Assembly: GCF_004010195.1 (NCBI RefSeq)
Contig: NC_057739.1
Span: 7,104,897 to 7,168,896, forward strand
Reading direction: 5' to 3'
Source of the DNA: Chiloscyllium plagiosum
Taxonomy: Eukaryota
Length of the DNA stretch: 64,000 nucleotides
The notes below the pieces were generated by a model that was not told the DNA's origin, ran no database searches, and worked only from the letters and a program-made list of their open reading frames with translations. A program made the translations under genes and the position numbers. Positions 26,047 to 37,910 of this stretch are shown in pieces (the stretch's first letter is position 1; each line of letters starts with the position of its first letter).

Positions 26047-27049
26047 TCTCAAGACTGTTCCCATGAGTAAACTGGGCTAACGTTGACAACGAGCTAAGTC
26101 AGGCGCCACTAAGGCTGTAAAGTTTTGGTGACAGTGATAGGTGTTTCGATCCATAGCTGCTAATGTTGGGTGTTCATGGGGCCAGAGGTGGAAATTGTAG
26201 GGCTGGTGAAAGTCGACAGCTGAGCATATTGAGGAGCAAACCAACGTTTGATGCAAATCAGTACATTTGTCCCTCTTTCCCCATCCATTCTGATCAGAAC
26301 CTAGTTCTTGTCAGCATGACCTCCCACTCTTTTCTCTGTTGCAGGCCTGGATTTCCACCTGTATGTTGTCAGTAGGAATGAATCTCTAATTAAATGGAGA
26401 CAAAGAGAGAGCAGGCAGAATAAATATCAAAGGGGAAATAGGAAGGGGAGGGAAGACCAATGAAGGAGAAATTGGTAGTATGGAAGTTAGTGAAAGGAAT
26501 TTGTATACAGATGTTAATGGAAGGAGTCATAAAAAAGTTGGGAATGTGCGAACATGAGAAAGGAAGGACAGTAGTTAATGTGGGTGATAATGGCAAGGTT
26601 TAAAAAAAGTCTTCAGGGAGTATTCCAAATGCTAGCTGTGCTAGGATATAGTGGAATAACAGTGCCTCCTTAATCTTTTCATTTTAGAGGACAAAGTCCG
26701 AACTCTCAAGTCACCAAGTTAGTCCAAAAAGTTTATGTGAAATCATGAGCTTTTAGAGCACTTGACATCTTAGTGGAAAGAGAAAGTGAAATGATATCTG
26801 GTGTAAGTGGATTGGCTTAAAGAAGACCTTCAAAGGATATGGTTGCTTGAGGTGAATTGTCGTTGGTCTGATTTTTTTTTGTTAGTGTAGTATGTCTGTT
26901 TATTCAGCACTTAATGTTGATATTTAAGGTTGCAAGGTACATGCTGATCTCAGTTCACTGTTGTCTGTCCCTCATTGTAGGTGACTGTTTTTCACTTTGA
27001 GACAAAAATGACAGCATATTTGTGTACTTTCTTGGGGCTGTGACTTGAC

Positions 27050-27290
27050 AGAAATTCTGGGATTTAAATAATTAATCAAAGCCTGCACCCCCGTTCTAAG
27101 CGATTAAAGACTTAACAGTAATCTAGGTTTGTCTAATACGTCACATCAGTTGTACGACACTTTGATCTTGTAGTATAAATTGTCCTATGATCCTGTCCCA
27201 CTAGCTGCCTGATGAAGGAACAGCACTCTGAAAGCTTGTACTTTCAAATAAACATTGAACTATAACCTGGTGATTTTTAAACTTGTGCAC
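27050..27290 (+). mobile_element. Tail of another PLE family with hammerhead at 27206-27240
   Basis: tgc-CTGATGA-aggaacagcactct-GAAA-gctt-gta followed by AATAAA; palindromic AAGCTT stem III; stem II weakened. Confidence 0.65.
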
Positions 27291-27939
27291 ACTAGAATTG
27301 TAGTGCACCAATGTTAGAGGGAATGAATGGTTAAAGTGGTAGATGGGGCTAATCAGGTAGACTGTTTCACGTTGAAAGATTTTGAATTTCTTGTGATGTT
27401 AAACTGAGCTCTTCCAGGTGTAATGTTAAAAGATTGAACATCTCTTTTTGGATGTTAATGTAATATTAAAGGGTTAAACTGCATTGACTCCACATTCTGG
27501 AATGTGGATGACTCCAACCCCATGTAGACAGTCATTTGCTGCTACTCCCCTTACTATTATCAAATTAAACTATCATTCTAACTCTTCCATTCAGAAATGC
27601 TTTCATAGACATCTGAAGCTACAACATATCACACTTACATTATCTTGGGGAATCACTAAATCGTCTGCATAACAATTCCCTAGGATTAGGGCATTTACAT
27701 TTGCATTATTTCAGAGGATGATCTCAACCTATCTTTGTACCTGGGTTAACACGTGGCTGGGGGGTTGTCTTGAGTGATGTGACTGTGGCGGAGTGGGCAG
27801 AGCATTTGTAAGCATTTGCCAACTGATCTGTATAAAGGGGGTGTGTTTTCTTTGTTCGGGGCCTCTTTGACTCGACTTCACGTGCCTGTGAAGAGGGTCA
27901 AAGGGGTCACCTAGCTTGCACAGGCTTTAATAAGCTTTA

Positions 27940-28275
27940 GGTGAAAATGAATACTGCAGATGCTGGAAATTAATGTCAAGAGTGTGGTGCTGGAAAAGCA
28001 CAGCAGGTCAGGCAGCATCCAAGGAGCAGGAAAACCGATGTTTTGGGCAAAAGCCCTTCATTAGGAATGAGGCTGTGAGCCTTGGGGTGGAAAGATAAAT
28101 GGGGGAGAAGGTAGCTGAGTGTGCAATAGGCAGATCGAGGTCAGGATAAAGGTGATAACTCGGAGAGTGGTGTGGTGCGGTGCAGATAGATGAGAGGGAA
28201 GATGGATAGATGGGACAGGTCAGGAGGACGGAGCTGAGCTGGAAGGTTGGAATTGGGTACGGGTGCTGTTTTGCA
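27940..28275 (-). mobile_element. PLE-tail element (antisense) with purine-rich linker and decayed hammerhead
   Basis: 'ctgcagatgctgga...cagcaggtcaggcagcatcc...gggcaaaagcccttcattagg' followed by a GA-rich region homologous in reverse to 58530-58830. Confidence 0.8.
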
Positions 28276-28433
28276 GAAGTTGGTGTGTGAATTGCATGTC
28301 GTGTGTCAAACCTTGGGGAAAGAGCACAGGCAGCTAGGGAGTCTTCCTTCACCCATGTGTCTTCTATTATATATGGAGTTTGCAGCTTGTGCAGTTAGGT
28401 TACTGGAGTTGAAAAGTGTGGTGCTGAAAAAAC

Positions 28434-28755
28434 ACTAGTAACCTAACTGGGAGAAAGTGAGGACTGCAGATGCTGGAGACCAGAGTTGAAAAGTGTGGTG
28501 CTGGAAAAACACAGCAGGCCAGTCAGCATCCGAGGAGCAGGAGAATTGATGTTTCGGGCATAAGCCCTTCAGGAATGAGGCTGGTGTGCCTGCTTGGCAC
28601 ACCAGCCCCCTTCCTGAAGAAGGGCTTATGCCCGACATGTCGATTCTCCTGCTTCTCGGGTGCTGCCTGGCCTGCTGTGTTTTTCCAGCACCACACTTTT
28701 CAACTATGGTCTCCAGCATCTGCAGTCCTCACTTTCTCCCAGTTAGGTTACTAGT
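28434..28755. mobile_element. 322-bp near-perfect palindrome of two PLE tails
   Basis: Arms are reverse complements (mirror ORFs 28435-28719- and 28470-28754+); central hairpin GGCTGGTGTGCC/GGCACACCAGCC at 28579-28607. Confidence 0.92.
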
Positions 28756-28971
28756 CTAGTGACCTCCCCAGGATGTTGATCAATAGGAATTTCAGCAGTG
28801 ACAATGTTTTCGTGGTTAGACACTCATGATGGAGGTGAGCATTACTTGGTGTTTGTGTCTCCCCTCTGTTATTTATCGCCATTAGACTCTGATAAGAAAT
28901 TGTATTGTTTGGGAATCAGGTTCGCTCCTCGAAGAGGAACTGAAATTCATAATTTAGAGTTCTAGGGATGT

Positions 28972-29655
28972 TGTAACCGAAGGTGATCGCTAAGATCTGA
29001 GTCGATTGCTGAGCCAAGTTTGAAGCTTTTTTTGTTTTATCTGCTATTTAATGTGCAATTTATTACTTGACCAAGATTTGCCTGTTCAGGTTTGTGTCCC
29101 CTACTTATTTGGCTAGCTAAGTATAAGGTGTTGCAATTTGATTGGTAAAACTATGCTATGTTAAGCAAAACATACTTTGTTCATACGTTAGTTAAAATGC
29201 AACAAAAGAAGAAATTGGAGTAACTTAACTTTTCCAGCAGTGTTAACAATAAATTATTTAATTACTCAACAGTGACTGTTCCAATATAGTAGCTTTCAAT
29301 AACCACAACTTTGGCAAAAGGCAAATTCAGTAAAATAGATTCTCACACATGCAATTCTAGTAGCAGGAAGAGAACCCCCAGCGTTTGGTTGGAAATAAGA
29401 AGAAAAACAGTATCTACATCCAGCTTCAATCCCCAGCAGCTGCTACTGAACAACTAAAATGGAAAATCCTTTTTGTGGGGTAACGTACCCCTTTCTGTTC
29501 AGGCTGCTTCTATTGTTCCAACTTTTACCAAAAGAAACCCCAAAGCCTCAAACCTGTTTTTTGGATTCAAATAGACAGCTTGTTCCTATGTTTTAAAACC
29601 TCATTTTTTAAAAAAAAACGGACAAAATGCACCCTCTTAAGACCATAGTGTCTTT
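28972..29655. mobile_element. LTR-like interspersed repeat, second copy at ~46375-47565 split by a CR1
   Basis: Shared blocks 'aacaaaagaagaa(a)ttgg', 'aatatagtagc', 'aggctgcttct..ttgtt', 'ggacaaaat.cacc' in both places; starts TGTAAC. Confidence 0.45.
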
Positions 29656-29716
29656 GCAAACTTCTTGGAATCTCAGCTAGAATTGGGTTTGAAGTATTAC
29701 CCAGAAAATCTTAAAG

Positions 29717-31030
29717 TTCCTCCAGATCTCCTTTGAATCCTCCCACTACCTCCAGATCTCCTTCGAATCCTCCCACTTCCTCCAGACCAAAGGGGTAGCC
29801 ATGGGCACACATATGGGCCCCAGCTATGCCTGTCTCTTTGTGGGCTACGTAGAACAGTTGATCTTCCGTAATTACACCGGCACCACTCCCTACCTCTTCC
29901 TCCGCTACATTGATGACTGTATTGGCGCCACCTCGTGCTCCCGCGAGGAGATTGAGCAATTCATCAATTTTGCCAACACATTCCACCCTGACCTTAAATT
30001 TACCTGGACCATCTCTGACACCTCCCTCCCCTTCCTGGACCTCTCCACCTCCATTAACAACAACTGACTTGACACTGACATTTTTTACAAACCCACCGAC
30101 TCCCACAGCTACCTGGATTGCACCTCTTCTCACCCGTCCTCTTGCGAAAATGCCATTCCATATTCCCAATTCCTCCGCCGCATCTGCTCCCAGGAGGACC
30201 AGTTCCACCACAGAACACACCAGATGGCCTCCTTCTTTAGAGACCGCAAGTTCCCTTCCCACGTGGTTAAAGATACCCTCCAACGCATCTCGTTCACATC
30301 CTGCACATCCACCCTCAGATCCCACCCCTCCAACCGTAACAAGGACAGAACGCCCCTGGTGCTCACCTTCCACCCTACTAACCTTCGCATAAACCAAATC
30401 ACCTACCGACATTTCCGCCACCTCCAAACAGACCCCATCACCAGGGATATATTTCCCTCCCCATCCCTCTCCGCCTTCCGCAAAGACCGTTCCCTCCGTG
30501 ACTACCTGGTCAGGTCCACGCCCCCCTACAACCCACCCTGCCATCCTGGCATCTTCCCCTGCCACCGCAGGAACTGTAAAACCTGCGCCCACGTCTCCTC
30601 CCTCACCTCTATCCAAGGCCCTAAAGGAGCCTTCCACATCCATCAAAGTTTTACCTGCACATCCACTAATATCATTTATTGTATCCGATGCGGTCTCCTC
30701 TACATTGGGGAGACTGGGCGCCTCCTGGCAGAGCACTTTAGGGAACATCTCTGGGACACCTGCACCAATCAACCACAGTGCCCCATGGCCCAACATTTCA
30801 ACTCCCCCTCCCACTCTGCCGAGGACATGGAGGTGCTGGGCCTCCTGCTACTTTCTCCCCACCCCCACCCTCCTCTAGCTTATCTTTCTACGCTTCAGGC
30901 TCTCTGCCTTTATTCCTGATGAAGGGCTTTTGCCCGAAACGTCGGTGATGCTGCCTGAACTGCTGTGCACTTCCAGCACCACAAATCCAGAATCTGGTTT
31001 CCAGCATCTGCAGTCATTGTTTTTACCTCC
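29717..31030 (+). mobile_element. 5'-truncated Penelope-like element, second family: RT C-terminus, GIY-YIG, hammerhead tail
   Basis: GVAMGTHMGPSYACLFVG..LRYIDD (ORF 29801-30067), NIIYCIRCGLLYIGETGR..FREH (ORF 30224-30919); ends in the same tail as the short elements. Confidence 0.92.
30913..30945 (+). ncRNA. Minimal hammerhead ribozyme motif, intact core
   Basis: ttc-CTGATGA-a-gggc(tttt)gccc-GAAA-cgtc-gg. Confidence 0.75.
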
Positions 31031-31574
31031 TTAAGCAGCATAAAACCTAGTTTAACTTTCAGGTAATTGCATAACTTCTTGCTGTTGAACCTTATTAAAT
31101 ACCTCTCCAACTTATCCCAACTGCTCACTTGTCCAATTTATCACATCTTGCTCAATCATTTCAAATACGATTCCAAGAACTGCAGGGAGACAAAAAAAAA
31201 CTGCAGCAAAACATTGTTGCTTGGATATTCTGCTGAGGTGATGGTCCCAGATGCACAACTCCAATGACTATGCGAAATCCCAGCCTTGTACAAATTGCCT
31301 GATAATTGACTATTCCAATGAGCAATTTCCCTGCATTTGGAATCCTCCCAACAAAAAGAACCCTTAAAGTTTGAATATTTGCAGGATTCTATTTCTGTTA
31401 ATAGTTACCAGGAAAGTTAAGATAATTAAAACCTTAGTCAAATTCTTGAGTAACAATTAAACTACTACTGACTAAACTCATTATTAAGCTTTCCAGCCTC
31501 AAATACTGAGACAGACACTCTGGTTTTCTGGAGAAGTTGGATTCAGAAGTGTCTAGTAGACATTTTTTGCTATT

Positions 31575-31885
31575 TGTTCACAGGATGAGCATGTAGCTGG
31601 CAGACCTAACATTACCCTTAATTTCCCAGAGGCCAGTTTAGAGTCAACATCATTGCTGTGGGTCTGGATTTGCATGTTGGTCAAATCAGGCGAAGATGGG
31701 AGATTTCATTTCCTAAAAAACATGAATAAGCCAGGTTTTTCCTGGCAGTTGGCATTGATTACATGGTTGACGTTAGGCCAGCTGTTATTGAATTCAGAGA
31801 TCACCACCTGCCTGTGTGGGATTCAAACCTATGTCTCCAGAATTTTGGCCTGGGGTTCTGGATTGTTATTAACACTGCCGCTTCC
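31575..31885 (-). mobile_element. tRNA-derived SINE with L2-like tail (antisense)
   Basis: B-box in reverse 'gggattcaaacc'; homologous to 38950-39295. Confidence 0.6.
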
Positions 31886-32312
31886 TCTCTGGTAATGCGG
31901 AGGAATTTTAGGTTGGGGAAATTTCTGGATATAGTGGAAATCTGTTGCTTTTTGGAAGGTAGACCATTTCTCTGTGGAGGGTGTTGAGTAAATAAACTTC
32001 ATCCAGCTTGGTGAGATTGGAATTGCGAGGCCTAAATGCAGTCAGGTAAGATGGGATTTCTGTTTGAAGGACAAATTATACTCAAATTTGGACTTTTTTT
32101 TCCCCCAGAAGTGATGAATTTTGTTTTATTCAAGTTTCCACCCGATTAATTTGTCATTTACCAAGTATGAATTCTTCCATGAAGTTGAGCAATTGGGCAG
32201 TATTTGAAAACTCAGTATTTTACATTTAAATATTCAAGTAGTTTGATTAAATTATGAATATAGCTGAAAATGAGTTATTACAAATAGATTTGAAGCTAGC
32301 GTGTATATTTTC

Positions 32313-32449
32313 AGCTTTGACAAAGGGTCAGTTAGACTCGAAACATCGTCTTTTCTCTCCTTACAGATGCTGCCAGACCTGTTGAGATTTTCCAGCATTT
32401 CCTCTTTTGGTTTCAGATTCCAGCATCCACAGTAATTTGCTTTTATCCA
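32313..32449 (+). mobile_element. Short PLE-tail element, variant family, decayed hammerhead
   Basis: TTGACAA-agggtc(agtta)gactc-GAAA-catc then 'gatgctgccagacctg...gattccagcatc'; 12-bp TSD GTGTATATTTTC at 32301-32312 and 32450-32461. Confidence 0.78.
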
Positions 32450-32563
32450 GTGTATATTTTCTTACCAAGTTGAAAGACTGTATGGTCACTTTGAGAGAGC
32501 TGAACTGACAGCACGTGTATGTGACTTGCTAATAGGTGTAGGGAGCGCTGAGAATTGATAATG

Positions 32564-33187
32564 TGTAACAATCAGCTTGGGATTGTTTTGATGTTAAGGC
32601 AACAGGATTTGAATGTAAGCAATTAATTTAAATTATGCCCAGGATACCAAAAACCATTTGAATTTAATTCTATTGCTAACATGAGACCAATGAGAGTCTT
32701 GGGAGTATAAAAAGGAAGGCAATTTTGAAAATTAGTTGGAACTAACTGCCCATCAAACATGAGAGCACCCCATCTGAAAGGGTTCTCAGTGAGCTCAAAG
32801 AAATCTCTCCGAAGAGTATTTAAAGAGTAACAAGACTGTTTGTTTGTTTTTACTGCGAGTATTTTTATTTCTAAACAATGCCCAGGGAGAAGAGAGCAGA
32901 TTTGGGAGGACCAGAAAGAAGACAGTATAAGAGACTGGGCATTGAGATTAATGTTCAAAAATTGTTATTAGAGCAGCACTTTGAGTTGGCATCAGTGATT
33001 TGTTAAGAAAAAGGGGACTTGGGTTTATTAGTAGTTTTTGTTTAGTGTTTACTGTTAGAATTGGGTATTTTTCTTTAAGCATTGGACATCAGGGGTTTCT
33101 TTCATTCTTTCGTTTAGCAGATTGAGACGGGGCAAGCTTATCTAGGTGTTTTAGTTATAATTAGCAGAGGTGTTCTGCATCGTAACA
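32564..33187. mobile_element. Possible solo LTR (TGTAAC...GTAACA)
   Basis: TG...CA termini and internal TATAAAA (~32706); no partner or TSD established. Confidence 0.35.
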
Positions 33188-34071
33188 ATTTTAATAACCT
33201 TGTTATAGACTATTTTTAATGTATGCGTTGTAATGTTAATTAGTTGGAAAGTTCTTTAGGAGTTCCTGAGGTCATACAATAGTCTAGAGAAATGTAAGTC
33301 TTTGTTGTTTTAAATAACAGAATAATTTAAAGTGCATGACTGTTTACCAGTTTCACTGCATGACCTGCAATGTTTTAATGCATCTAATATTTTTAATATT
33401 TAGCAACTTCTAATTAGTATCCCTGTGACTTTGTTTTTGTGTGTGTATATAAAGTTTAATTTCAAGAGATTCCTTGAAGTCCCCACAAATCAGTGGAAAC
33501 CTACTGCACTGATTTGATGTGGGAACATTATGAATTTTAAAAAAGACCATCTTCCAGCAAAATAACTTTGAAATGTTCTAAAGTGCATGTGGCAACCTCT
33601 TTGCAATGGTTTCAATTTAAGTTTGAAATTCCTCACCTTTTTTGTTGGTTTGGCTGAGTTTTGGCAAATAGTGCTGAAAAAGCAACGCATCTGGTACTGT
33701 CGGTGGTATTTTGAATGGGGTTAAGGGAGCATCATTTTGGAGTGAATAGATGAAGCTTTAGACTTGGAGATTTTGTCTGGCCTCAGTCCTTGAAGTTGCA
33801 GAAATGGGAGCTTTTTTTAGCCAGTGCTAAATAAACATAAGGTCACAGGTGCAATTCACTACCTAATGTTGGTTTTACATATTTAAAATTTAGTTTTCAT
33901 GGTCATGGCTGTTGAGAAAAATAAATGCTATATCAAGAGATCTCAAGTTTTTGGCCTTTGTGGTGGCTTTGGCAGTTGTGGGGGTCATATGTTAAAAACT
34001 TTGTAAAAAAAAAAGTAATTCAATAGGGTTAACAACCAGTTTTCAAACATTCAGGCCGGAGTCATAGTCAT

Positions 34072-34800
34072 AGAGATAGATAGGATAGTGAAGGTGGTGT
34101 TTGGTATGCTTTCCTTTATTGGTCAGAGTATTGAGTACAGGAGTTAGGAGGTCATGTTGCGGCTGTACAGGACATTGGTTAGGCCACTGTTGGAATATTG
34201 CGTGCAATTCTGGTAGGGAGAGGCTGAACAGGCTGGGGTTGTTTTCCTGGAACGTCGGAGGCTGAAGGGTGACCTTATAGAGGTTTACAAAATTGAGGGG
34301 CATAAATAGACAAGGTCTAAGGTAGAAGACAGGGTGGTGGTGGAGGGTTGTTATTCAGACTGGAGGCCTGTGACCAGAGGAGTGCCACAAGGATCGGTGC
34401 TGGGCCCTCTTTTTTTTTTGTCATTTACATAAATGATTTGGTTGCGAGCATAAGAGGTGCAGTTAGTAAGTTTGCAGATGACACCAAAATTGGAGGTGTA
34501 GTGGACAGTGAAGAGGGTTACCTCAGATTACAACAGGATCTTGACCAGATGGGCCAATGGGCTGAGTAGTGGCAGATGGAATTTAATTCAGATAAATGTG
34601 AGGTTCTGCATTTTGGGAAAGCAAATCTTAGCAGGACTTATACATTTAATGGTAAGGTCCTAAGGAGTGTTGCTGAGTGTTTCAGATTGGTTTGTACATG
34701 ATAGGCACCTGGATGATTAGTAAAATGAGGGGTATGTAGATTAGTTTTATCTTAGGATAAACGATTGTGCAGCATCAAGGGCCAAAGAGCCTGTGCTGTA
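34072..34800 (+). mobile_element. Rearranged CR1/HER1 LINE RT fragments
   Basis: IYINDL..VSKFADDTKIGGVVDSEEGYLRLQQDLDQMGQWAE; a downstream RT segment (34075-34315) precedes an upstream one. Confidence 0.88.
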
Positions 34801-35178
34801 ATGTTCTATGTTGTATGGTCTATGCAGTGAAAGGAGATAAGATAGATTAGGGAGAAAGGAATAAGTTCTGTTGACGATGCTGTAGGTTGCTTAAATGAAA
34901 CCTATTTGTCTATTTCTGCACTTTGCGCTGCAGATGGTACGTCTGTACTTTGTAATATATCAAAATCAATATTTTAAGTTACGTATTTTCATTATGATGC
35001 TATTTCAAATCTGTATAATGCTTTTTGCATAAGTTTGGAACTACTTCCTTGCTAAACAATTAAATGGTTTTTGTTAGTGAATTTTATCCATCTAAATTGA
35101 CGTTAATTGTCAACTTTCTTCGTTAGATGCTGCATTTCTTCTGAATGATCGCACCAGGTTTTGGAATGAATGAATGAC

Positions 35179-35319
35179 ATGGAGGCTCGATGCACAGCTC
35201 GAACCCTGCAGGTGGTGGATACAGAGTATAGTGCAGATGCTGTAGAGTGGTGCCCCATTGAAACATGGCACAATGTACTGACTTGTGGCACTTATCAACT
35301 GAAGAATCCCAATGAGAAG
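35179..35319 (+). CDS. DPH7: Diphthine methyltransferase DPH7 (WDR85), first coding exon (MEARCTARTLQVVDTEYSADAVEWCPIETWHNVLTCGTYQLKNPNEK)
   Basis: DT-x-x-SAD-x-VEWCP...CGTYQL signature; strong Kozak gacATGG; alternative in-frame ATG at 35170 follows an in-frame TGA; donor AAG|gtatag. Confidence 0.93.
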
Positions 35320-36271
35320 GTATAGTGCCATTCGTAAGAGACCTTGATTCAAGCAGCAAAGATAGGAGAAAGATTAAACTAGTCAGCCCCTTGAGTCCAG
35401 TCCGCCATTCAGTACGATCATGGCTGATCTGATTTACTCTGTTTCTGCTTAGCCCTGATTTTACTTTTCACCTGTTGGCTTATCAAGAATCTATGTATCT
35501 CTGCCTTAAACGTTTGAAGGACTCCACTTCACAGCCTTGAGAAAGAGTTCCAAAATTTCTTAATGCTGAGAAAAAAAATTCTCCTTTTAACTCTGTCTAA
35601 AATTGTCAACCCTTTATTTTAATAGTGACATACTATTCTGTATTTGCCCACAAAAGGAAGCATTCTTTTCACATGGAACCTTTCAAAACACCAGCAAATA
35701 TTTATTTCAATCAAGTCATCTGTTGCTTCTCTAAACTCCTGTGGATGCAAATCTAGACTGACGACCATTCCTTGAGGCAAACCACCCATTCAGGTATTAG
35801 TCAAGTAAACCTCTGATATGCTTCCAGTGCATTTGCATCCTTAAGTAAGGTGAGCAGTATTATAGCCGTACTTCAAAATGGTGTCTCGATGTGTTGATAA
35901 CTTATAAGACTAACTATTTTTTAAATGTTTAATGTACTAGGACTTCCTTCTTAGAACTGATGAATGCAGATTAGAAGGCTTTTGTTTTATTTCATAACTG
36001 CTGCACTCAGTGGGACAGAAGTAGGAATACTCCAATTGTCCTGATAATTCCGAAGCTCTGAAAATTAAACATCTTAATTTCAGCAATTCACAAACTGATC
36101 TGTGTATAATTCATCTGTCGTGATGATTGTCGAGAGTAGGCTGTGGTTCAGGTGTGATTCCTGTTACAGTTAAAATATTTAATTCAAAAACTTTAACTCA
36201 AAGACTCCCCTTGAACTTAGCATGCTTAGCAGTTTTGTGTTTAACTTGTTTAATTTGTGGGTTTTTTTTAG

Positions 36272-36411
36272 GGTGCAGGAGACTCTGACAGCAATGAGCC
36301 CCATTTGAGACATGGGCGTCTTTATCTTTACTGTTTCAATGAGGATCAGCACTATTCTCCACTAACAGAGATACAGAGGATTGAAATGCCAGCAGTATTA
36401 GATCTCAAATG
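36272..36411 (+). CDS. DPH7: DPH7 coding exon 2 ([47 protein letters not shown])
   Basis: tttttttag| and |gtaagc; R-x-GRL-x-LY and LD-x-KW motifs. Confidence 0.93.
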
Positions 36412-36757
36412 GTAAGCATGAAGAGTTTCACGCGTTGGGTAGTCCATTATTAAAGTTGAATTATTTTTTGGTAGCACTCAGTTGCAGTGGAGATGACAAT
36501 AGACAGTTGGATCAGAAGCTCATCTCTGAAACGCCACCAGGGCCAAACAGCTTGCTTCTTCTCACAGTTCAGGCTCTGAAGTATGGGGATTTGGATAAGA
36601 TGCACATTAGAAGTGTTGTCTCGAATAAGTTGTTGGTTTTTGGATATTTTGTGACAGATGGTAACGGACATCGAGACTCGTAGTTGCACTCCTAAGAATC
36701 ACAGATTCACATGAACTGTGGTTGTCTTTAGAAATTGATGTTAAGTTTATAGATTTA

Positions 36758-36995
36758 TAGAGTCATAGAGATGTACAGCATGGAAACAGGTCCTTCGGTC
36801 CAACCCGTCCATGCCGACCAGATATCCCAACCCAATCTAGTCCCACCTGCCAGCACCCGGCCCATATCCCTCCAAACCCTTCATGTTCATATACCCATTT
36901 AAATGCCTCTTAAATGTTGCAATTGTACCAGCCTCCTCCACTTCCTATGGTAGCTCATTCCATGCACGTACCACCCTCTGTGTGAAAAAGTTGAC
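36758..36995 (-). mobile_element. HER1/CR1 LINE 3' tail (young)
   Basis: 'atagagtcatagagatgtacagcatggaaacag...' shared with 47653-48205 and 41288-41615. Confidence 0.85.
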
Positions 36996-37410
36996 CTAAC
37001 GTTGGGCATGGTTAGGAACATGGGACTGGCATATCATAGTGAAGATCTACAACTCTTCAAGAGGGGTCTCTTGGTTTGAGATCGGTCAAAAGAATCGACA
37101 AATGCGGTCTATTCAAAAAGCAAGGGTCATTAGCTTATTAAATTAAGCTATCTTGATGTAATTCTATTCAGCAACACAGAGATTGAAGCTTCTGTGTTCC
37201 GTGGTGAAGTTGCGCAATTACATTTGAAAATTAACATTATTATTTGTTTTTTAAGAAATAGTACAGCCTTAATTATAAGAAAGACCAATCATATAATAAG
37301 GTGACATGATTTACAGCAAGTTAATCCAATGATATTTTCTGGAAAAGGGTTCTTAATTACAAGAAAGGTCCAATCAACTGTAGTACGGTGACATGATTGA
37401 AGACCGGCTA

Positions 37411-37910
37411 NNNNNNNNNNNNNNNNNNNNNNNNNNNNNNNNNNNNNNNNNNNNNNNNNNNNNNNNNNNNNNNNNNNNNNNNNNNNNNNNNNNNNNNNNN
37501 NNNNNNNNNNNNNNNNNNNNNNNNNNNNNNNNNNNNNNNNNNNNNNNNNNNNNNNNNNNNNNNNNNNNNNNNNNNNNNNNNNNNNNNNNNNNNNNNNNNN
37601 NNNNNNNNNNNNNNNNNNNNNNNNNNNNNNNNNNNNNNNNNNNNNNNNNNNNNNNNNNNNNNNNNNNNNNNNNNNNNNNNNNNNNNNNNNNNNNNNNNNN
37701 NNNNNNNNNNNNNNNNNNNNNNNNNNNNNNNNNNNNNNNNNNNNNNNNNNNNNNNNNNNNNNNNNNNNNNNNNNNNNNNNNNNNNNNNNNNNNNNNNNNN
37801 NNNNNNNNNNNNNNNNNNNNNNNNNNNNNNNNNNNNNNNNNNNNNNNNNNNNNNNNNNNNNNNNNNNNNNNNNNNNNNNNNNNNNNNNNNNNNNNNNNNN
37901 NNNNNNNNNN
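37411..37910. other. Assembly gap (500 N)
   Basis: Run of N. Confidence 1.

Noticed and set aside
29711-30814. 367-aa minus-strand ORF, the longest in the window
   Set aside because: Antisense shadow of the C-rich Penelope coding strand; no domain motifs.
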